DNA of 44,391 nucleotides from a virus. Below are positions 16,679 through 23,637 of this stretch, piece after piece (position 1 is the stretch's first letter; the number at the start of each line of letters is the position of its first letter). Where the stretch lies: UHGV virus genome UHGV-0019040; one strand, written 5' to 3'. Below the pieces are notes generated by a model. The model saw nothing but the letters and a program-made list of their open reading frames with translations. It was not told the DNA's origin and made no database searches. The position numbers and the translations under genes were made by a program.

Positions 16679-17375
16679 CACTAAACTCCTTCTCATTATT
16701 AAACAGTCTGGCCATGAGCGCCTTGTCAAGGTTTATATCCTCTTCTTTAAGCATTGCACCGCCAGGTATTTCTGCTGGACTATAATAAGGGTGATATTCC
16801 TTGACAGCAGGTTCTTCATCTTTAATCATCTTGAGAGTGAAGCAAGGACGAACGAAAAAATCCGACCAACTTGAATTGTAAGCATAGATAGTACCATAGA
16901 CGCTCACGGCATAGAACTCTCTTTTATCCGTTGTATCTCTCAACCAATAACAGGTAGTGGATATTTCATCTTTTGCAAAAGCAATCCTGTTTTTCCCCTC
17001 CCTAAAGAACGGATTTTTAAGGCGCTTATCTTTTGAAAGAAGGGACACTTTCCAAATAGGTATACCTGAGCGACACATAGCGTCTTTGAAAGCTCCGTTC
17101 AAATAAGCGCACAGTTGTGTATCTTTCCACTCTGCCGCGTTGTTCAGGTCTATAGCAGAGTGGAATAATGCATGGTCAAATATAAGGTAGATTTTTCCAT
17201 TCTTGATATTGTATATAGTTGCTGTATCTTCAACTGTTTGCTTATCGAAGCTCAGCTCACTATATCCACCTATTGTTACTTTAGGTACTGTAAACACAGG
17301 AAGCCTGATAGAATCCCCTATGTTTAAATCTTCCCATACAACCTCATTCCATCCGTATTCTTTAGTTATTTTCAT
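16665..17375 (-). CDS. Hypothetical protein
   Basis: 236-aa ORF; GC content typical of the phage backbone; no recognised motif. Confidence 0.5.
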   Translation of the reverse strand: MKITKEYGWNEVVWEDLNIGDSIRLPVFTVPKVTIGGYSELSFDKQTVEDTATIYNIKNGKIYLIFDHALFHSAIDLNNAAEWKDTQLCAYLNGAFKDAMCRSGIPIWKVSLLSKDKRLKNPFFREGKNRIAFAKDEISTTCYWLRDTTDKREFYAVSVYGTIYAYNSSWSDFFVRPCFTLKMIKDEEPAVKEYHPYYSPAEIPGGAMLKEEDINLDKALMARLFNNEKEFSDEKN

Positions 17376-17397
17376 TTTACCGCCCCCTTTATCTTTT

Positions 17398-17472
17398 ATC
17401 CTTCCAAATCTTTAATGTTGTCAGCGTAACAGCCTTTGCAGACAGGTGTAATCTTCTTTTCTATTTTACGCA
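17398..17472 (-). CDS. Possible 25-aa micro-ORF (MRKIEKKITPVCKGCYADNIKDLEG) with a GGAGG RBS
   Basis: ATG preceded by GGAGGCGC at 5-8 nt; a CxxC pair; below the size cutoff of the ORF track. Confidence 0.2.
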
Positions 17473-17545
17473 TACGCGCCTCCGTAACCCTATATATATA
17501 ATATTATATTTCACTATAAAGTAAAAGTAAATACAAGAAAAACGC

Positions 17546-17573
17546 GGAAGTGTATATTTTTATATACACTTCC
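17546..17573 (-). terminator. Perfect 12-bp-arm hairpin GGAAGTGTATAT-TTTT-ATATACACTTCC followed on the minus strand by GCGTTTTTCTTG; terminator after the Arg-rich gene (third member of the hairpin family)
   Basis: Inverted repeat and U-tract read directly. Confidence 0.5.
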
Positions 17574-17604
17574 TTCCTCTATGAATACCCCGTTGGATAC
17601 CCTA

Positions 17605-18876
17605 TTATACAGAAGGCCCTTTTCCATCCCCCGGCCTGTCCTTAAGCCTGTCCTCCCAGTACTTTCCTGACGCGCCTATACCCGGGCCCAGCATGCTGTC
17701 AAGGCGCCTGAACTGCTCCCTCCGGGCCTCGTCCTCAAGCCGGCGCTCAACCTTGACACGCCGCTTATACATCTGATGCTTGTGACACTTATAATACAGA
17801 TAAAGCCCGCGGCGCTCCGTCCAGTTCGCCGCGTTTATTGCGCTGGTGAAAAGACGCAATATACAAAGAGGGCGGAGGGCACTGTCAAGGTCCAAAGGAA
17901 GGCCGGCCTCGCGCCTCTTGTACAATATATCCAAGACCTGCGCCTTAACACGGCGGCGTATACCAGACAGGATTTTAAGAATCTCGGACCTCTCTGTACG
18001 GAGCAGGTTTATCTCACCCCTTACATCGTCCGGCAGTTCCTCACCATTATTGTACATGTCCACAAGTACAACAGAGTCTGATACGGCCTCATGAATGCGC
18101 GGCAACAGGTCAAGTGCGCCGCTCTCCGACATACATGGCTCCTCCAATAACATTTTCGAGAGCGTCCCGTCCTGCAGCGCGGAATAGAAACTGTCAAGGG
18201 TCCATGAGCCCTCGACTATTGTCCCCTCCTCTGTCTCGTTCCTCTGGACATCGCGCATTTTCTTGCCTCCGCCCTGGACTGTCCACAGTGCAATAGAAGG
18301 CCCTTTGAGGTATGCGCGCACGGCCATGACAATATCCTTACGCAAGGAGACAGCCCTGGCTCTCTCCTCCCTCCGCGTTGCCGCCCTCTGTTTGACAGCA
18401 CGGCCCTCGTCAGTGTCCCACCTTGTGCGGCGTGTCTTCCTCGCGGCGAGGACCTTCTCAGACACGGTATAGCCCCGGGACCCTTGACAAATGCTGTGCG
18501 TAAGCCCTGACTTCAGCCTGTACCTCTCCCTTGAGTACGCCTTCCTGTACTCACGTGCGCCCTCAGGACCCGGGGGAAAGTCTGAACGGGAAACACCCAC
18601 TACAATAGAACCACCTACAGCATCTACAATAGGACCGTGGGTATAATGCCTAGGTTTACGTGACAAATGCTGTGAGTAGGCATGACGCTGGGCCTCCTGT
18701 CTCCTGCCCCGTGACAAGTAGTATTTACGGCAATGGACAGGCAGCCCTGACAATATCTCACAATAAGCGGTGTACTCCTGAGAACCTGTGTCCGGTAAAC
18801 CTGACGCAGGGTCAATGAACCCGGGACTACTTCTTAATGTATCAAGACGACTGTATATATCCTTCTTGCAGTCCAT
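17605..18876 (-). CDS. Arg-rich basic protein encoded in a GC-rich island; candidate DNA-binding protein or replication initiator (function unknown)
   Basis: Start at MDCKKD, with TGGAGGTTTTGTTATG. About 423 aa, very R/K-rich. GC content is clearly higher than the rest of the genome. Directly adjacent to the iteron/palindrome region. Confidence 0.5.
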   Translation of the reverse strand: MDCKKDIYSRLDTLRSSPGFIDPASGLPDTGSQEYTAYCEILSGLPVHCRKYYLSRGRRQEAQRHAYSQHLSRKPRHYTHGPIVDAVGGSIVVGVSRSDFPPGPEGAREYRKAYSRERYRLKSGLTHSICQGSRGYTVSEKVLAARKTRRTRWDTDEGRAVKQRAATRREERARAVSLRKDIVMAVRAYLKGPSIALWTVQGGGKKMRDVQRNETEEGTIVEGSWTLDSFYSALQDGTLSKMLLEEPCMSESGALDLLPRIHEAVSDSVVLVDMYNNGEELPDDVRGEINLLRTERSEILKILSGIRRRVKAQVLDILYKRREAGLPLDLDSALRPLCILRLFTSAINAANWTERRGLYLYYKCHKHQMYKRRVKVERRLEDEARREQFRRLDSMLGPGIGASGKYWEDRLKDRPGDGKGPSV

Positions 18877-18990
18877 AACAAAACCTCCAGTTATACAGCA
18901 TACAATAAAGCATGCCGTATGCGGTATATTATAATAAAGTATGCCATACCATAAGGACAAGATTAAAACGCCCCCGGAAAAAACATACAA

Positions 18991-19870
18991 AATAAGGGCC
19001 CCCCGGGGGGCAAGAAAAACCCCCCCAGAAGAGAACGGGCGCGTCCTAAAGGACCTCCTGGAATAAAACAGGCATATCTTACTCCCCCCAATTTTTAAGG
19101 TCCTTAGAATGCGTATTTAAGGACCCCTGCAAAATGCGTACAAAATACGGCGTACAAAATACGGCCCTGAAAGGCCCGGGGACAAGGGGCCCCCGCGCCG
19201 CAAGGGGACAGCCTGACACGCCACAGGCCCCCCGCATTACAAGGGGACAGCCTGACACGCCACAGGCCCCCCGCATTACAAGGGGACAGACAAGGGGCCA
19301 GGGACCAGGGACAATAGTTATAATTTTACAAGGGAAGTTTATCCTGTATAATACCCGGGCCCCCGGGGGAAAATCCGGCCCCAAAAAAGGGCATACAAAT
19401 GTACGCCCCCTCCCGGGATTTGCAAGAAGAAAACAGATTATATAATACGCGGGTTTCCGGCGGAAATTTCCGCCCCCCAAAAAGGGTATACAAATGTACG
19501 CCCCTTTTTGTATACCCTTTTTGACGGCCCTTTTTAGGGCCCCTAAACCCTTGTAATACAAGGATTTATGAAAAATAGGTATACATTTGACGGCTATTTT
19601 TTTCACTAAATTTTAGGCCCTTCAAAATTGGCACTATACCTTGTATATTCTTCTTGTGATTCCTGAAACTATTGTCCCTTGTCCCCTGCCTTTCCTTTTA
19701 AAACTATTTTCACTATATTATAAACATCTTAGCAAGATATTCTAGCCAATTAACACTACATATAAACCCTCGTTACTGGTCCATTGTCAAGTATCAAGGG
19801 TCCATTGTCCTGCAGTAAGGGACAGTAGAACCCTGTTGCTTTGTTTATTGTACAGTGAAAAATGCTGTAT
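18991..19870. repeat. 880-bp non-coding, GC-rich, repeat- and palindrome-dense region: candidate origin of replication and/or regulatory hub
   Basis: Contains a 2 x 14-bp tandem (GCGTACAAAATACG, about 19136..19163). Two 39-bp tandem units plus a partial third (CAAGGGGACAGCCTGACACGCCACAGGCCCCCCGCATTA, about 19200..19300). Two copies of a roughly 43-bp direct repeat ending AAAAAGGG(C/T)ATACAAATGTACGCCCC. A 16-bp-arm inverted repeat AAAAAGGGTATACAAA ... TTTGTATACCCTTTTT (about 19479..19523). The palindrome GGCGGAAATTTCCGCC. CCCCCCGGGGGG runs. Several CCATTGTCC / GGACAATAG sites. The ORFs the track places here translate these repeats and are not credible. Confidence 0.6.
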
Positions 19871-20104
19871 TTACCATCCATACTGGACAAGTATGTACAC
19901 ACGGAGCACTAATCTATAGAGCAAAGGTGCAATAATCAATACCCCCGTGCCTATGGACAGTACAATCATGAGCCATTTCTTGTTTGTACATGCCCTTGAC
20001 GCTACAATCGCTGCAAGGATATACACAGCAAGCCATATAAGTATGAACATCATGAAGTATGTATCATACTGACGAACAAGCAGTTTGAATGTTATTGTAT
20101 TCAT
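19871..20104 (-). CDS. Small membrane protein (two transmembrane helices)
   Basis: Start set at the second MNTITFKLL copy (GGAGG 6 nt upstream). Hydrophobic helices FMMFILIWLAVYILAAIVA and LMIVLSIGTGVLIIAPLL. Confidence 0.45.
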   Translation of the reverse strand: MNTITFKLLVRQYDTYFMMFILIWLAVYILAAIVASRACTNKKWLMIVLSIGTGVLIIAPLLYRLVLRVYILVQYGW

Positions 20105-20221
20105 CTGCGGCCTCCAGTAGTGCTGTAGTTTAGTACAAGCAGTTTGAATGTTATTGTATTCATATATTCTCCTTGTACCAGGCATTACACAATAACTTGT
20201 GTATGATTGACTGTTGCAGCA

Positions 20222-20647
20222 TTATATATTCTCCTTGTACCAGGTCATGAACCATAAGGACTGCCTGGTGCTGCCGCATGTCCTGCGCAGGTCTATATTT
20301 ATTGTTGTCCCCTGAACCTCCAGTATATGCGGGAAGCCCTTTGTCTGCTTTACGTATAGTTCATTGCCCCTTGACCCTGCCCGTATGTTGAAGCGTTTCA
20401 GTAGTTTATTGTACACTGACAATAAATCAGTGTAGCATGCCCAGAGGGTTACCCGTCCTGTGACCGGGCTGAATGATGCTATGTCAGTGCCTTTGTAGGC
20501 AAGAGTGTACTCAGCGAGAAGTCCGGGCCCCGTGACCATGTACCTGCCGAAGCGCCCCGTCTTCCGGGACAGCATGGCGCTGAGGGCCTTGTCAGACATC
20601 TCCTGCCCTATTGTGTAGACCTTCTTATTTGATAGACCTGTGTTCAT
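20222..20647 (-). CDS. Hypothetical protein
   Basis: 141-aa ORF in the accessory cluster; no motif recognised. Confidence 0.45.
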   Translation of the reverse strand: MNTGLSNKKVYTIGQEMSDKALSAMLSRKTGRFGRYMVTGPGLLAEYTLAYKGTDIASFSPVTGRVTLWACYTDLLSVYNKLLKRFNIRAGSRGNELYVKQTKGFPHILEVQGTTINIDLRRTCGSTRQSLWFMTWYKENI

Positions 20648-20963
20648 TGTTGTTTTCCTCCATGTAACTTAGATAATCATCCCATCCTGTTGTCCGCTCG
20701 AAACGGAAAGCGTCAGTCCTTAGTTTCTTGAACCGTGAGCAGCGGAGCAGTACCCTTCTTCCACTTGAGTCTATGGCACTGACCCCTTGCTCCGTCATAC
20801 TGAAGAACCTTAACTGGCCATATATATAGTCATATGTAAGGCCCATATAACAGGCAAAGCGCCCGTCATAGAGTTCCTTGTATGTTATAAACGGGCCGAA
20901 GTCTCTAAGGGCAGTCAGTATGCTCTCCTGCTCATCAGGAGGCAGGTCATATTCCTTGACCAT
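20625..20963 (-). CDS. Hypothetical protein
   Basis: 112-aa ORF in the accessory cluster. Confidence 0.45.
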   Translation of the reverse strand: MVKEYDLPPDEQESILTALRDFGPFITYKELYDGRFACYMGLTYDYIYGQLRFFSMTEQGVSAIDSSGRRVLLRCSRFKKLRTDAFRFERTTGWDDYLSYMEENNNEHRSIK

Positions 20964-20964
20964 C

Positions 20965-21294
20965 TTACACCTCCATACATCTGGCTACAAGCCTGCGGAT
21001 TGAATTACATATTGTTGTTGGCCTTATACCTGGCGTGCAGAATCTCTTGACTACATCTGGGTCAGCCATGACATCCTGTATATCCTCAACAGTTGTGCCT
21101 TCCTGGATAAGTTGCATATTCTTGTCTATGCATGTCTTTGCTGTTGTGATATTTTCACTGATTATACGCCGTGCGGATATTTTCTCTTTGTCAGTGAGCA
21201 GCCCACTTCTCAACGCCCTCTTCATGTAATTGACTACAAGCATACACTCAATTACACCTTTTCTGTTTAGTTTGAACTCATAAAAATTACCCAT
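20965..21294 (-). CDS. Hypothetical protein (possible small regulator)
   Basis: Start at MGNFYEF, with AAGGAA 7 nt upstream; 109 aa. Confidence 0.4.
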   Translation of the reverse strand: MGNFYEFKLNRKGVIECMLVVNYMKRALRSGLLTDKEKISARRIISENITTAKTCIDKNMQLIQEGTTVEDIQDVMADPDVVKRFCTPGIRPTTICNSIRRLVARCMEV

Positions 21295-21343
21295 TGTATA
21301 TTCCTTCTGGGTGATATACCGCACCCAGCCGGTATTTACTTAT

Positions 21344-21529
21344 TTATTCTTCAGGCCTTTTGACGGCCTTCCAGCCATTAAGCAGCATTTTAATTCGCTT
21401 ATTGCTTCTGTTGAGCAGTTCTATGTTCCGTTCAACCTCTAGGCTGGATATTCTTAGTTCATTCAGCAGCCTTCCAACAGTCATGTTCAACTGCTCAAGT
21501 TTCTCTAAATTGCGTGTTACTTTGTCCAT
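21344..21529 (-). CDS. Hypothetical small coiled-coil protein
   Basis: 61 aa in the AT-rich segment; heptad-like LEKLEQLNMTVGRLLNELR. Confidence 0.35.
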   Translation of the reverse strand: MDKVTRNLEKLEQLNMTVGRLLNELRISSLEVERNIELLNRSNKRIKMLLNGWKAVKRPEE

Positions 21530-21549
21530 TGTCTATTCCCCCTTGACTA

Positions 21550-21891
21550 TTAAGCAGGCAGCCTTTCATAAATGTCTTGTTTTATATAGGCAGATATTTC
21601 ATCAACTGGAATGAGGTCATCATCTGGCTGGATTATGTCTTTGATTGTCACTTTATCAGTAATCAACTCTGTTAACTGATTGAGGGTTTCATAGTCACTT
21701 AAATCATCAGTCAGCATATCTTTCAGTTTATTGATTTCTTTACTGAGCGCAATATCTGTCTCAATCCACAATTTGCTGAATACATCATCAGCCATCTTGC
21801 CACTTTCCTGGTTTAACAGATACCTGACAATTTCAACCCTGATGATACTTTCTTTACAGTCAAGAAAGTTCTTAATAGATTTTATTTTCAT
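21550..21891 (-). CDS. Small acidic protein (D/E-rich C-terminal half); candidate DNA-mimic or anti-restriction protein
   Basis: 113 aa in the AT-rich segment; high Asp/Glu content (DDLSDYETLNQLTELITD ... DDDLIPVDEISAY). Confidence 0.4.
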   Translation of the reverse strand: MKIKSIKNFLDCKESIIRVEIVRYLLNQESGKMADDVFSKLWIETDIALSKEINKLKDMLTDDLSDYETLNQLTELITDKVTIKDIIQPDDDLIPVDEISAYIKQDIYERLPA

Positions 21892-21933
21892 ATAATACCC
21901 CTCTGGTCAATATACAGTGGCCAGCCTGTGTTA

Positions 21934-21993
21934 GTCATCAGACAGTAAGTCATCAGACAGTAAGTCATCAGACAGTAAGTCATCAGACAGTAA
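21934..21993. repeat. Four perfect tandem copies of the 15-bp unit GTCATCAGACAGTAA in an intergenic spacer
   Basis: Read directly: gtcatcagacagtaa x4. Confidence 0.85.
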
Positions 21994-22044
21994 ATTATAA
22001 TTATCAAGTGAGATTAATTTCACTTAATCCCACTTAATTTATTC

Positions 22045-22386
22045 TTAACAGTTGTCTCTGTTATTAAATAATATAACAGACAGATTTTCTTCAAGTTTAT
22101 TAGTTACTTCTAGGTAGTCAATATTTCCACCAAGAAACATAAACTTAGCCAGTGCATAATCAGACAGTATACTGACTACTTGCTTTATTAAATCATCTGA
22201 TGTGTCAGCAGTTATTTTTACATCAAGCAACTGCAATGCCCGGTCAATTAAATCTAACTGCTGATTCCAGACTGCTACAGAAAAATCATCTTGTAATTCT
22301 CCTGATGTGTTTAACTTCTGACTAGTTACAGTTAATATAATTAACTGCTGCTTAATCAGTTTTAATTCAGTTAATTCATTAATCAT
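22045..22386 (-). CDS. Small acidic protein; accessory or anti-defence candidate
   Basis: 113 aa in the AT-rich segment, acidic (ELQDDF ... TADTSDDLIK). Confidence 0.4.
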   Translation of the reverse strand: MINELTELKLIKQQLIILTVTSQKLNTSGELQDDFSVAVWNQQLDLIDRALQLLDVKITADTSDDLIKQVVSILSDYALAKFMFLGGNIDYLEVTNKLEENLSVILFNNRDNC

Positions 22387-22507
22387 TTTATTTTCCTTCT
22401 AGCAGATATACCGCGGCTAGCCGGTTTTAATATTATTAATTAATCCTAATAAATTAATTAATCTTTAATTAATTAGCGCAAAGGCTTAATTATTTGCGCC
22501 AATTAAT

Positions 22508-22550
22508 TAAAAATTAAAAATTAACCGGGGATTAAGTCCCCCGGTTAATC
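22508..22550 (-). terminator. Rho-independent terminator: perfect hairpin TTAACCGGGGGA-ttaag-TCCCCCGGTTAA followed on the minus strand by TTTTTAATTTTTAA
   Basis: 12-bp perfect stem and U-tract read directly, immediately downstream of gene 22553..22864. The flanking region also carries several TTAATTAA palindromes and a GCGCAAA ... TTTGCGC hairpin. Confidence 0.55.
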
Positions 22551-22552
22551 CA

Positions 22553-22864
22553 TTACTTTTTATAGTATTTTCCATTTTTTACTTTATAGTTTTCTTTCAA
22601 ATACCCCTCTTCTTTCAAATAATCCTCTTTGCTGATTTCTATCCAATCAACTGCTCCCAACCTGCCCAACCTGCTTATTAATTTATTACTATTAACTTCA
22701 TCCAACTCCCCGTTAATTAACAACAATAAATCCAAATCTTTTCTGTAACCACAAATCAAACTTTTTAAACTCTTCCCATTTCCACCATTTTCAATTTTTA
22801 CTTCACAATCATTAATAATTTTTTCCAAATTACTAATACACTTCTTAATTAATTCCTTATTCAT
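22553..22864 (-). CDS. Hypothetical Lys-rich small protein; first gene of the leftward early/accessory operon
   Basis: Start at MNKELIKK, with AAGGAG 7 nt upstream; very AT-rich. Confidence 0.45.
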   Translation of the reverse strand: MNKELIKKCISNLEKIINDCEVKIENGGNGKSLKSLICGYRKDLDLLLLINGELDEVNSNKLISRLGRLGAVDWIEISKEDYLKEEGYLKENYKVKNGKYYKK

Positions 22865-22888
22865 AATTAACTCCTTAACTCTCAACAA

Positions 22889-23232
22889 TTATTATTATAC
22901 AATAATTAATTATTATGTCAACAACTTTTTTAAAATAATTTTAATTTATAACCCATTTTTACTGTTTTCACTATACACCTGTACCCCTAACTAAATAGGT
23001 CATTAGGCACGAAACCATAAAGTCTAAATCCAGGCCCCTTGCCAGAAATAAAACAGGCCCATAATCCAGGGGCCATTGTCCCGCGCCGCTCTTGCCCTCT
23101 TTGTAAGCTCTTGCTGAAAATAAAACGGCCTCATTTGTTTTCCTGGCTTTATTGTAGTCCCGGGGCCCGGTTTACTTGTCTGGGCTTTTACGGTATACTT
23201 GTAGCTAAACAATGGATTTTAAGGAGGCTGTT
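22889..23232. promoter_or_regulatory. Divergent promoter/control region between the leftward (minus) and rightward (plus) transcription units
   Basis: 343-bp gene-free region flanked by outward-facing gene starts. Contains a CCATTGTCC site (about 23071..23082) like those in the 19.3-19.8-kb region, paired AATCCAGG(C/G)CCC repeats, and an AT-rich block. Confidence 0.4.
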
Positions 23233-23637
23233 ATGTTTGACAGGGAGCTCTCAGATATAAAAGATACAGTACAGAACGCTTTATCCAGCGGTATGTCTTA
23301 TTCAGACGCGCTGTTATTGTCAGGAGCAAGCGACGAGCAGATAGAGGCGCTTGACAAAGACACAATATTCCAGAAGGAATGCTCACAGGTAGCAAGACAG
23401 CTGGAGCTTGAGATGCTACGAACATTGAAGGATACAATAGAAATTCAGGCCTCAAAGGGCAAGGACCACGGTGTAACCTGGCTTTTGTCTAAGATTAACC
23501 CTTCAAGATGGGGCGGCAGTGACGATGATGCAGGGGCAAATGTCGGTTCTATTGTAATAAATACACAGCCGGTGGACTTCAAGAACCCCGATAACGCTGT
23601 GGAAGTATTTGACGGGGAAGAAGAAATTGAAGAGTAA
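23233..23637 (+). CDS. Putative terminase small subunit
   Basis: First gene of the rightward unit, immediately upstream of and overlapping the large terminase. RBS TAAGGAGGctgttATG. Acidic C-terminus. Confidence 0.4.
   Translation: MFDRELSDIKDTVQNALSSGMSYSDALLLSGASDEQIEALDKDTIFQKECSQVARQLELEMLRTLKDTIEIQASKGKDHGVTWLLSKINPSRWGGSDDDAGANVGSIVINTQPVDFKNPDNAVEVFDGEEEIEE

Noticed and set aside
19079-19606. ORF-track proteins 19079..19606 (-) and 19134..19445 (+) in the big intergenic region
   Set aside because: Their sequences are translations of tandem DNA repeats and GC palindromes, for example PLVMRGACGVSGC repeated. They have no RBS and extreme low complexity, so they were treated as non-coding repeat structure.
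21934-21993. CRISPR array interpretation of the 4 x 15-bp tandem repeat
   Set aside because: The units are contiguous with no spacers, far shorter than CRISPR repeats, and no cas genes are present.
17605-23232. Lysogeny module (integrase or CI-like repressor) in the early region
   Set aside because: No tyrosine or serine recombinase motifs, no attP-like tRNA fragment and no Cro/CI pair recognised. The only HTH protein is small and sits inside the replication operon. The phage therefore appears to lack an identifiable integration system.
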